64,000 nt of DNA from Rhina ancylostomus (GCA_030265395.1 JARFYF010000051.1:13057655-13121654); one strand, 5' to 3'. Shown: positions 53,469 through 64,000, counted from the first letter of the stretch. The notes: generated from the letters alone by a model not told the origin. Numbers and translations are program-made.

Positions 53469-53760
53469 AAGATAAAATTAGTCACATGTACATCAAAACA
53501 CACAGCGAAAGGCACCTTTTACATAGAATGTGCTGAGAGCAGCCCACAAGTTTCGCCATGCTTCCAGCGCCAACATAGCATGCCCACAACCTTCTAACTG
53601 GTAGATCTTTGGAATGTGGGATGAAACTGGAGCACTCAGAGGAAACCCATGCAGACTCGGGGAGAATGTAGAAACTCCTTACAGACAGCTGCCAGAATTG
53701 AACCTGGGCCACTGGCGCTGTAATAGTGTTACACTATCCATTACACTACCGTGCCTGCCC
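53469..53760 (-). mobile_element. V-SINE with Rex1/Babar-like tail
   Basis: Reverse-complement homolog of the 27706-27997 element, including gatgtacatgtgactaa. Confidence 0.9.
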
Positions 53761-53984
53761 ATAATATTTATAGTATCACACTTGCATGATTTAATCAGTG
53801 CTATCAGCCCATCTATCTTGCTATACTCAGAGCATTTAAGTACTAATAATGGCTAGGCTCCTTTTTAGTTTATTTTCTGCTGTTAGTTTCTGTCTTTCAA
53901 ACTCTCTTGTTAATTTTCTTGGGGTCTTCCATTTCCAGTTCTGCTTCCTCTCCTCTCTAAAGTTAATGTAAACCCACCCCAACA

Positions 53985-54322
53985 AAATAGAACAATACAG
54001 CACAGGAACAGGCCCATGATGTCAGTGCTGAGCATGATGCCAAATTAAACTAATCCCTTCTGCCTGCACATGATCTATATCCCTCCATTCCCTGCATATT
54101 AATGTACCTATCTATAAGGCTCTTGAACACCACTATGGTATTTGCTTCCCTACCAACCCAGGCAGCATGTCCACTCTGTGTATAAAAAAACTTGCCCCAC
54201 ATATTCCCTTTAAAATTTCCCCCCCACCACCATGAAGCTATGCCCTCTAGTATTCAACATTTCTACCCTGGGAAAAAGGATTCTGCCTGTCTACCCTTTC
54301 TATGCCTCTCATAATTTTATAG
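53985..54322 (-). mobile_element. CR1 3' end
   Basis: atagaacaatacagcacaggaacaggccc antisense tail; ctatgcctctcataattttat. Confidence 0.85.
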
Positions 54323-54819
54323 ATTTTTTTTTAAACCCCACAAGGATATTGGTTCTGACACTGTTGAGATGCAACACATCTGATTAGTACAAGTTCAGGC
54401 TTTCCTAGAAGTGAACCCAATGCCACAGCAATTTAAAGCCCAACCTTCTGCACTATTTTTCCAACCATGTATTTGTCTTTACTATCCTCTTTTCAATGCT
54501 CGAGTGCATATCAGTTGTCTCATCAGAAAGCCAGTTCTACAAAAGATATTGTTTAAATAGGTACTTGATGGTTGTCATGGACCTGATGGGCCAAAAGATT
54601 TAATGTTATACAGCACAGAAATTAAAAATCAGAACCCTGGTGCTGCCCTGATCAATCAGTACTGTGCAGACATTAACTGGATAAATAATATTGAAGTGAA
54701 TGAAAGGCAGTATACTAAGTTACCTAAATAAATGGGAAATAAGGGAAGGGAATGGGTTAGAGCAAAAAAATTTTGATCCATTTTTAGCTGGGAGGAATTA
54801 ATCAATATCTTCTCTGCAG

Positions 54820-54933
54820 GGCTCGAATCCTCAGTAATGTGAAGGACTATGAAGCATCAAGATTGACATCTCACACATCCATTATACCAAATGCAAGTGA
54901 TGTTAGTCAGGATCTGACTTTATCTTTAGCCAG
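54820..54933 (+). CDS. LRGUK: Probable LRGUK exon, divergent tail: ARILSNVKDYEASRLTSHTSIIPNASDVSQDLTLSLA
   Basis: tcttctctgcag acceptor, AG/gtatgt donor; 114 bp, phase 2 to 2, open in the required frame. No recognised homology, so support is splice signals and frame only. Confidence 0.72.
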
Positions 54934-56059
54934 GTATGTTTATTCCTCATCTATTTTCAGTTCTTTGTGAGGAGTGGTGGGGGTGGAATTGGTGCAGTTT
55001 AGTACAGTTTAGTACATTGTTTTTCTGTGTTGGAGATGTTCATGTTGAGGAATAAAAGTCCTTTTTTGAGTACCCCACACTCTTGAATCTAGAACTGTAT
55101 ATTTATCTGCATGTGAAAACCTTAAACTGCCTAAACTTTAAAACAATCCCTTTCTGCACCAGTGTTTTGCTGCCCACATAAGCTGTTCTGGAGCCTTAAT
55201 TGATAAATTCAAGAAAGGGCAGTTTGGTACTACAAGTTCATCCTTAAGAAAATGTTAGTTTAGTTTCCACAACCCAAAGATACACTGGTTAGTATTTACT
55301 TAACTGCAATAAATTACCTCAAGTATAGGTGGGTACAGGAGAAAGAAAGGTTGNNNNNNNNNNNNNNNNNNNNNNNNNNNNNNNNNNNNNNNNNNNNNNN
55401 NNNNNNNNNNNNNNNNNNNNNNNNNNNNNNNNNNNNNNNNNNNNNNNNNNNNNNNNNNNNNNNNNNNNNNNNNNNNNNNNNNNNNNNNNNNNNNNNNNNN
55501 NNNNNNNNNNNNNNNNNNNNNNNNNNNNNNNNNNNNNNNNNNNNNNNNNNNNNNNNNNNNNNNNNNNNNNNNNNNNNNNNNNNNNNNNNNNNNNNNNNNN
55601 NNNNNNNNNNNNNNNNNNNNNNNNNNNNNNNNNNNNNNNNNNNNNNNNNNNNNNNNNNNNNNNNNNNNNNNNNNNNNNNNNNNNNNNNNNNNNNNNNNNN
55701 NNNNNNNNNNNNNNNNNNNNNNNNNNNNNNNNNNNNNNNNNNNNNNNNNNNNNNNNNNNNNNNNNNNNNNNNNNNNNNNNNNNNNNNNNNNNNNNNNNNN
55801 NNNNNNNNNNNNNNNNNNNNNNNNNNNNNNNNNNNNNNNNNNNNNNNNNNNNNNNNNNNNNNNNNNNNNNNNNNAACATTTACTGCTGCCAACAAATGGA
55901 TGCATACGAAAGATTAGGTTTCAGGTTTTTATTCTAAACCTTTAAAAGATGAGGATCGTGTACATCCTCCTATTCTCTGCATGCAGCCTATAAAGCGTGA
56001 AACAGTCTCCATACCTTGGAAGGTGAAAATTTGAACACCCCAGAGTCTAGGTAAAAGTC

Positions 56060-57062
56060 AGGTCAATGGACATCAAGGGACAACACCCAAAAGGTTGAAC
56101 TCGTACCTTGCATAGAGGAAGATGGTGGTTGGAGGTCAGTCATCCCAGCTTCAGAACACCATTGAAGAAGTCCTAGATCTAACCATCTTTAGCTACTTTA
56201 TCAAAGACCTTCCTAATATCATAAGGTCAGAAGAGAGGACATTTGCTGATAGTTGCACAATGTTTGATTCCATTCAGAATTCCTTAACAAATGAAGCAAC
56301 CATGCCTGAATGCAGTAAGTGAGAAGTAATATTTATGGCACAAAAGTGCCAGGCATTGATCACTTCAAGAGTTTAACTACCTAACCTGAATACCCACCAT
56401 CAAGATCCTGGAAATCAACATTGACCTGAACCTCAACTGTTTTGGCCACATAAATATTTTGGTTACAAGGGCCGATCAAAAGCTGTGTGTCCTGCAATAA
56501 GTGACTCACCTCCTGACGTCTCAAAAAATATCTGCAAGGNNNNNNNNNNNNNNNNNNNNNNNNNNNNNNNNNNNNNNNNNNNNNNNNNNNNNNNNNNNNN
56601 NNNNNNNNNNNNNNNNNNNNNNNNNNNNNNNNNNNNNNNNNNNNNNNNNNNNNNNNNNNNNNNNNNNNNNNNNNNNNNNNNNNNNNNNNNNNNNNNNNNN
56701 NNNNNNNNNNNNNNNNNNNNNNNNNNNNNNNNNNNNNNNNNNCCATGACCTCTGCCACCAAGAAGAATAAAAGTTGCAATTGCTGGGGGACACCACTAGC
56801 TACAAGTGGTGTCCCCCAGCTTGGAGGTTCCCCTCCAAGTTTCACACCATCCTGACCAGGAAACACATTCTCATACTTCCATCATCACTAGATCTAGATC
56901 CTGGAACTTGCTATCCAATAGCATGGTGGAAATACCCTCATCAGAAGATAGCAACAGTTCAGGAAGGTAGTTCACTTTCTTCAGAGCATTTGGAGATAAG
57001 CAAGAAATGCTGGCCTTACCAGTGATGTACACATCCCAAAAAAAAAATGGATTAAATAAAAG
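56060..57062 (+). mobile_element. Family B LINE, RT to 3' tail, with N gap
   Basis: FIKDLPNIIRSEERTFADS; tail tgctggccttaccagtgatgtacacatccc. Confidence 0.8.
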
Positions 57063-58745
57063 CAAACAGCTGTAGACATTTAACTGCTCAGCTGCAACTG
57101 GTCTGTTGACATTGCATTTCAGAGGTGTAAATATGTGTGTTGGTTCCCATCAACCCTGGGCAGATAAGTACTTTGACAATGAACTCTTCTAACCCTCCTT
57201 GTGCATGGTCCCTGTTGCTACCTGTGGTGCTTACAACACCTGTGGTCAATTTCCATGTTGCCCAATAAGAGGACTGCTTGACATAAACAAATACTTTGTG
57301 GAAATAGGTACTGAGTGGAGAAGTGTCCTTTGGAGCCGTACTGTTATGCTACAAATTGAGCCTTGCCTGCATCTGAGTGCTGTGGTAAAGAATGTGGGTA
57401 AGCAATGATTGTAATTTAGGTTATGAGATTGTAAATCACACAGGAAGGCTAAACACAGTCTTTGCCCTTTTGCTTTTGACTGTTNNNNNNNNNNNNNNNN
57501 NNNNNNNNNNNNNNNNNNNNNNNNNNNNNNNNNNNNNNNNNNNNNNNNNNNNNNNNNNNNNNNNNNNNNNNNNNNNNNNNNNNNNNNNNNNNNNNNNNNN
57601 NNNNNNNNNNNNNNNNNNNNNNNNNNNNNNNNNNNNNNNNNNNNNNNNNNNNNNNNNNNNNNNNNNNNNNNNNNNNNNNNNNNNNNNNNNNNNNNNNNNN
57701 NNNNNNNNNNNNNNNNNNNNNNNNNNNNNNNNNNNNNCTGTCTATTCCAGCTCCTCATTCATTTGACACCGGCTCTGTTTTGGTAACCACATTCACAAAT
57801 GCAATTCATTCACTGAGTGTCATCACTGGCATTATCATGCTCTACTTTATAATGTTAATGTCTGTAAAAGCCCCTATCTGTTTGAATATTCAGTTTAGTG
57901 TTCCCTATCAATCTGTAGCCTACAGCATGACAACCAGGCTGAGCTGCTGTGCGCAAATCTGTTTTAAAATGTTAATAAAATTAGTCCTTTTATCAGTCTT
58001 AATCATAATAATCCTTGAAACAAATCCAAGTGCTATTTTAAAGGTATATTTCAAGATCCACTTGTACTGTAAAAGTGTACATGGAAGTCACTGTCCTTCA
58101 AAAAAGCTTCAGTGTGAGAGCCACACTACCAATGCATTGCTTTCTGGTGCAATCTACATTGTTCTCACTCACTCACTCACAGGCTTGAGAGAGCTGCCTC
58201 CCCCCTTCTCTATCCACTTACCTCACCTCATGAGTAGTAAGCCTGCCTTAGTACTGCTTTTGGCAAATCAGTCATTTTCAATCTTGCCACTTGTAAACTG
58301 GTGGATTGAAATCAGGATAGGTATTATTTTGGGCAAGCGACCCATCCCAGCAACAAGGGGGGATAAAAACTTAATGCTGGATTAAGTACTGAACCACACT
58401 TTTCCTGCGTTTGGATGCTGAAGATACCACTATATTTCCAATGCTTTGTTAGATTTTCATGGAATGCCCAATAACCCTTTCTGATTTGACTTGTTCTTTC
58501 AAAGCAGATCTCTAGAAAAGATTCCTCCCTACTATGACCTAACATTTTCTAAAAGCATATTTCATTCAGGGGAGAAATCTGAAGCTCCCAATTGCTGTTG
58601 GTATTTGCTTGGGACCTTTCCAGTTGATTAAAAACCCAAATGAATTATTGACACTCATTAATATTTGAGTTCAATACAAGTACCAATAAAAGATTGACTA
58701 CCTTCATGTACTGCTTGGCCACTAACCATGTTACTGTTTTCTCAG

Positions 58746-58921
58746 CAGCTCTGAAGCAACCCAAATTGGTACAGAGGAGTTTTCGCTTTCATCAGCTGAT
58801 GTATTCACAGAAAGATCCAAGTCTGTTGAAAATGACACTGACTCTTCTATAAGCATTACTTCCAAGATGCTGCTAAAGATGAAATCAAGGCCTTTAACGG
58901 ATTTGAATAAACCACTAGAAG
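58746..58921 (+). CDS. LRGUK: Probable LRGUK exon, Ser/acidic tail: SSEATQIGTEEFSLSSADVFTERSKSVENDTDSSISITSKMLLKMKSRPLTDLNKPLE
   Basis: Branch-point-like ACTAAC at 58721, ttttctcag acceptor, G/gtttgt donor; 176 bp, phase 2 to 1, open. An exon with these phases is needed to bridge to the last exon. Confidence 0.8.
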
Positions 58922-59934
58922 GTTTGTTTATTCAGCAATTACTTATGCAAAAGTGATATAGAATTGAGGGCACAGAAATAATGTGGGATTTTCAAAGTGT
59001 TAACCACTTTTGTTAGTGTAATTTTTTTTGTATTTTATTCATTTTTTTAAAATGACAGAAAATAAGCCCGTTTCCTATATTACTTTAAAATCATGGGGGG
59101 GTGCAGAGTAAAAAACTTATCCAAGCTTCATTTTATGTTCAGAGTAGCTCCAGGAGAGTGNNNNNNNNNNNNNNNNNNNNNNNNNNNNNNNNNNNNNNNN
59201 NNNNNNNNNNNNNNNNNNNNNNNNNNNNNNNNNNNNNNNNNNNNNNNNNNNNNNNNNNNNTTCAGAGTAGCTCCAGGAGAGTGAAGTTTTTCTCGCCAAG
59301 AAGTTCTCCATCACTAGCTAACAGGTGGCATGTCAAAAAGTCACTGAAAATTTGCTTTCTCTCCCTTAAACCCAATCCACATGTTGCTCTGTCATTTTCT
59401 GATACTCTCAGAAAGAATACAAGAAATAGCTTGTTGTCTGAAGGCAATTCTTCTCCAGCAGTCTTTGTGTAATAATTTCATTTTATCAATAGCACTTTAA
59501 TCATTGATCTTGCAATATTTTACCACTTGTTCCTCCTATCCCAATGATGCCCTTACATGGTCCACTGTTCCTGGCAGTATCTACAATCAAAGATCTTTCT
59601 TTCTCTCTTTCTTTTTCTTTCTTTCTCTCTCTCACCTCAAATTAGTGGAGTCTTTACCACCTCCTGTTTCTTTCTAAAATCTAGAAGATTTTTAATCCCA
59701 ATCAGTAAAGCATCCAATAGATCTGAGATTTCTTTATCTGCTAATCTTTCCAAGTTCAACAATGTCTTTTGTTGTAGAGCTTGGCTTTCTGATAGCAAGT
59801 TTTTGACAAGATAAAATTTTCTATTCAAAATTAAAAGATTTTCATGATTGTGGTATAGGAATACATAAACTGAACTGAGGTTCTAGTAGAATGGAGTCAA
59901 ACCTGACATTATCAACAGTACTCTAGCTGAGGTA

Positions 59935-61690
59935 AAACAGAAAATACTGAAAGCATTCAGCAGGTGAAGCAGCACCTGTGGAAGAGAAATAGAACTCATG
60001 TGAAGGACCCATCTTCAGAACTAAAAAAAAAGATTANNNNNNNNNNGGGATGAAGAAAATGCCTGTATTAGGGTGCAGATCAAAGTTGTCAACGAAACAA
60101 TTACTTTAAAATGGGTGGTTAGAAACAATAGAAATAAATGAATTGAAGTGGAAAGGTACAGCAACATCTGAGAATGCTTTCTTCATTCATAGTGAACTCA
60201 AAAAGAATCATTTACCTTTGTTGCCAATTTCTATCCTGTTCACTGTAACAAGGACCATACCTGGCTCTTCCCTTCCATGTCTCCAACTCAATGAGCAGAT
60301 TAGCAACCAATGTCCATTATAACCCACTGACCACCTCAACTGCACCTCATTACACCCTGCTTCTAAGGATGCCATTTGATTCTCCCAGTCTCATTTTCTA
60401 TCATATCTGCTCTAATGATGGGAATTTCCACACTAGTGCTTTAAGAGGTCTTCCTTTATCCTTATCTAAGAAAGGATGTACTTGCCATGGAGGGACTGCA
60501 GCAAAGATTCACCGTACGTTTTCCAAAGATGATGGTTTTGCTGTATGAGGAGAAATTGAGTAAATTAGGCCTGTACTCTCCAGCGTTTAGAAGAATGAGA
60601 AAAGATCTCATGGAAACTTATAAAATCATTGAGTTCATTCAAAACACAGATCGATAAATTTCTGCATATTAATGGAATCCAGGGATATGGGGAGTGCAGG
60701 AAAACAGCACAGTGGTAGATCAGCCATGATCTATGAATGGTGGAACAGGCTTGAAAGTGTTAGATGACCATTTCAACAAACCACTCTCCTTCTCATGGCA
60801 CTTTTCAGTGCAATAGCAGGAGGTACAACATCTGTCACAGACCATTCCCTTTGCAACTCCCTGGTGCACTCTTCTGTTCTCACCAACTACCCCCCCCCCC
60901 TTCTCGCATCACTCTCCCTTGCAACTGCAGGCAATGCAATGCTTGTCCTTTCATCTCTTGCCTTCCCACTATCCAGGGACCCAAAGTCTCTCTCCAGGAA
61001 GCAATTCTTCCAATCTAGTGTTTTTTTTTTCCAATGTTCACAATGTGATCTCCTCTACATCGGAAAAACCAAATGCAGATTGGTGATCACTTTCCTGGGT
61101 TCAGTCAGGTGCCCCAGAAAGCGATCCTGAACTTCCCCTTGCNNNNNNNNNNNNNNNNNNNNNNNNNNNNNNNNNNNNNNNNNNNNNNNNNNNNNNNNNN
61201 NNNNNNNNNNNNNNNNNNNNNNNNNNNNNNNNNNNNNNNNNNNNNNNNNNNNNNNNNNNNNNNNNNNNNNNNNNNNNNNNNNNNNNNNNNNNNNNNNNNN
61301 NNNNNNNNNNNNNNNNNNNNNNNNNNNNNNNNNNNNNNNNNNNNNNNNNNNNNNNNNNNNAACATGCCTGGCCTGACCTGCTGGGCACATCTTCCTGCTT
61401 TGCATTTTGAAGCTCCTACATTCTTTTGTCTAAGTTCTCTCTAACTGCTCCTATTTGCTTTGTTTACAGCTCATCCCATGGTCACCCCACCTTTACCCTA
61501 TCATAAGGATATTCCTCCCCCACTCTCCCTGAATTTATTATTTTGTCTCCTTCCCAGTTCAGGCAAAGGATCTTTGACGTGAAACGTTAACTCTGTTTCT
61601 CTTCCCACAGAAGCAGCCTGGCCTGCCAAATATTTCCAGCATTTTCTGTTTTTGTTTTAGGTTTCCAGCATACAGGTTTTTTGATTTTCG
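59935..61690 (+). mobile_element. Penelope-like retroelement, decayed: inverted 5' pLTR, RT C-terminus, Cys linker, GIY-YIG endonuclease, 3' pLTRs
   Basis: RLATNVHYNP..HICSND.NFH; PCNCRQCNACPF; CSQCDLLYIGKTK.RL; antisense pLTR 59935-60030, sense pLTR pieces 61361-61405 and ~61480-61690. Confidence 0.85.
60470..60762 (+). mobile_element. CR1 3' fragment nested in the Penelope-like element
   Basis: YEEKLSKLGLYS..FRRMR.DLMETYKI; tail gatcagccatgatctatgaatggtggaacaggcttg. Confidence 0.8.
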
Positions 61691-61929
61691 TCTGTCCTTT
61701 TACCTCCTCCTGTCCCAGCATCCAGCAAGCCATCCAAGTGAGGCATACTGCAATCAGTTTTAATAACATGGTCTTCACATTAGAGAAACTAAACTGGTTG
61801 GATGCTTTGCAGAATACCTCCATTCAGATTCTGACCTTCCACTTGCTTTCATATTAGTTCTGCACCCAACTCCACTTCTCCTGTCTTTGGGACCAGAGAC
61901 CCTGCACAATATACATTTTCTGAGCAATT

Positions 61930-62170
61930 GTAAACAGTAGCATGCAGATCGTATTCAAGTATGAGATCATGAAATTTCTTTCAGCATTGTTCCTTTGGGA
62001 GTGGGGAGGGGTGATTCTCAGATTACTGTACCACCTCCTGCACAAGACCTTCCTCCTAGCATGTAATTTGTTGACCAGGCTGTGCATATCCCCTGGAGGG
62101 AATGTGGGAGCTAGCTCCTTCTCCTTTGCAAGATCCATCATTATAGCAACTAAAGAATGGGTTGCTGTTA
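61930..62170 (-). mobile_element. Harbinger-type Myb/SANT-like ORF remnant
   Basis: KEKELAPTF...LVNKLHARRKVL then, in another frame, EQC*KKFHDLI (cf. RAPRF..LV..V..RR.VL..QCRKKF.DL; CGA>TGA). Confidence 0.6.
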
Positions 62171-62911
62171 ACAGGAGTATGCCTTTAATCTCTGATTGCT
62201 GCATAGCCAGTCAGGCAATGCACAAACTTGGGCAAGATCCAGTCTGGAATCATACAGGGCCTATTTTAGTATTTAATCCTGGATATAACCACCCTTCTAT
62301 TTCAGGCAGACTTTGGACAATTTCACAAAATTTCTTTTTGGAGGGAGCACGACTGGATATTCACACCAAAAACAACCATCTTTTAACAACTGAAAATGAG
62401 ATGCAAGCTAATTTATAGGCAATTGTTTTAAGTGAAATCTCATGCTGCCTTCACTTCTATGGGTAATCACCCTAATTCCTGCCTCCTGCTACTGACAACA
62501 GATTTTCCTTACCTCAGCTCATCTAGTCTCTCAAGCTGTGGAAGTCTCTCTTCCTTGCTACTATTCTAATAAATTTCTTCTGCCCAATGACCTCCATACG
62601 CTTTGATTTGGCCAAGTTAAAAATCAGACCCACTTGCTGTTTGTATGAAAACAACCTCTGGTAGTGGAAATGGGGACCTTGGCTCCATTTACCAACAGAT
62701 ATCTTGATTGGTGGCTGGAATTTGGATAGAGTAGAAGTGGAAGGTTAGTTTATCTGTGGATAAGCTAAAATAAGCCACCTTGGCTTCCTCCATCTTAGCC
62801 CTATGATCCCATTTGGCTAATCTGAATTTCTGTAGTTAAATCTGTCACTGCACCAAGGCTGTAGCTGAATGATTTTGAGTGTAAATTATGTTCAAATGTT
62901 TGTTTATGCAG

Positions 62912-63129
62912 ATGCTGGGAATACGGTTGGCAAACAAGAAGAAACTGGCAGGCCAGAACCCCTGAAGGAATTACAACCTGTGACTAAGAATCTTTTAGCC
63001 CCAACCAGACAGTCTGCTTCTCCCCGACTTGGATTCAACATCAAGCCTATTCTGCCTGGAATTCCATCAGGACGGACAACTGCTGAAATCCCAGTTAACC
63101 CAAAACAAACCCTCTGTACTTTGAAATGA
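62912..63129 (+). CDS. LRGUK: LRGUK last coding exon: (D)AGNTVGKQEE...SPRLGFNIKPILPGIPSGRTTAEIPVNPKQTLCTLK*
   Basis: tgcag acceptor, phase 1, TGA at 63127-63129; NIKPILPGIPSGR resembles the LRGUK C-terminal NVKPTLPPIPQGR motif. Confidence 0.9.
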
Positions 63130-63221
63130 AAGTTTACCCAGCCCAGATTTGTTTCTGCAATATCAAAAGACTAAAAATAGAATTTTTAATTCTGATTATT
63201 TAAGTCATATCTACACTAATG

Positions 63222-63420
63222 ACAACAACGGCTTGCATTTATACACTTCACTGAGCATAGCCAAAGTATCACAATGTTTTGCAGGAACATTACAATTAGG
63301 GAGAGAATTACGGAGCTTGGGGCCTGAGTATCCAAAGGTGGTTCAATGAAAAGTGGGATTGGGAAAGATGTACACATGCAAGTCTTGGCAGGTTATGTAT
63401 GGTAGATTAGCCAGAGGTGA
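63222..63420 (-). mobile_element. L2-like / Deu-SINE-type 3' tail in the presumed LRGUK 3' UTR
   Basis: aacaacggcttgcatttata.. and gggagagaattacggagcttggggcct. Confidence 0.45.
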
Positions 63421-63786
63421 AAACAGTTTGATCCTAGTATGAAGCCTCATTTAACTTTCAGAAATGAGGTCTGGATGGGACATTCAGATCACCCAAGTTA
63501 ACAAGCAGGTAGTGGGAAAATAATCCCTTCTGTCAAGTTTATCCACCTCCTGCAGGTGGCCTTAAATCTGCCAGTATAGCAACTACATCTAGACTTCTGC
63601 AAGTCTACAACTCCATCAGAGCACCAAAAAGAGAACTGTATACTTGCCATTGTCAATTCCTGTAACATGGTCATGGAAGCCAAAACAGAGAATATGAAGT
63701 TGAGTGAAACACAATTTTAGTTCCTTTTTTTCAAAAAAAATCCATTTTGAAAGTCAGCCAAATTTCAAAGTTTACTTAAAAAAAAC

Positions 63787-63918
63787 CTTTATTTATACAG
63801 CACAGTAACAGGCCCTTCTGACCCAACAAGTCTGCACTGCCCATTTAAACCCATGTTAACTTACCCATATCTTTAGAATGTGGGAGGAAACCCACACAGA
63901 CACAGGAAGAACGTACAG
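63787..63918 (-). mobile_element. Truncated V-SINE with CR1-type tail
   Basis: Reverse-complement homolog of the 3' part of 17521-17757 (tttatttatacagcacagtaacaggcccttc..aaacccatgttaac). Confidence 0.85.
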
Positions 63919-64000
63919 TGTTTCACTGAGATTTATTCCTCACCTGTCAACAACAGACTTTTTTTCCAGAAAATATGGCAGCAACTAAAGACATGATATA

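Noticed and set aside
59138-59283. Identical direct repeats flanking N gaps (ttcagagtagctccaggagagtg here; tgcttattctgctcagta at 39149 and 39267), superficially repeat-spacer-like
   Set aside because: Duplicated contig ends around 100-N scaffold gaps; an assembly artefact, not CRISPR or a biological repeat.
59262-59828. Minus-strand Leu/Lys-rich ORFs that look protein-like
   Set aside because: Short, interrupted by stops and a purine tract, no splice structure; faint CR1-RT resemblance suggests an old LINE remnant.
31022-61444. Long ORFs in the track at ~31.0-31.7, 55.3-55.9, 56.4-56.9, 57.2-57.8 and 61.0-61.4 kb
   Set aside because: They are open only because they run through N gaps.
1-64000. 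Prokaryote-type systems (operons, CRISPR, defence islands) or a nested intact gene
   Set aside because: The sequence is intron-rich vertebrate DNA. All recognisable non-LRGUK coding fragments are broken transposon ORFs.

Overview
Eukaryotic, AT-rich, gapped draft sequence from a vertebrate. The repeat content (CR1 LINEs, tRNA-headed V-SINEs, Deu-domain SINEs, Penelope-like elements) points to a cartilaginous fish, probably a ray or sawfish relative (inference). The window holds the 3' half of one + strand gene, LRGUK. I traced ten phase-compatible GT-AG exons (5139-5258, 25886-25982, 35576-35689, 38076-38277, 43765-43884, 46619-46773, 51585-51673, 54820-54933, 58746-58921, 62912-63129). They splice into about 468 stop-free codons covering the guanylate-kinase-like domain and the C-terminal tail; the LRR exons are presumably upstream of the window. 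The rest is intron filled with decayed mobile DNA: CR1, a second CR1/L2-group LINE, Rex1/Babar, L2, a Penelope-like element, PIF/Harbinger fragments, a solo LTR and several SINE families. I see no new protein-coding system. The most interesting signals are RNA-level features of the repeats: (i) dispersed Penelope terminal repeats with minimal hammerhead-ribozyme cores, three sharing a CUGAUG-C-A core variant; (ii) a SINE inserted at about the predicted hammerhead scissile bond; (iii) one V-SINE body with two alternative tails matching two different LINEs in the window (CR1 and Rex1/Babar); (iv) an LF-SINE-like relic. Family names come from recognised motifs, not database searches, and repeat boundaries are approximate.
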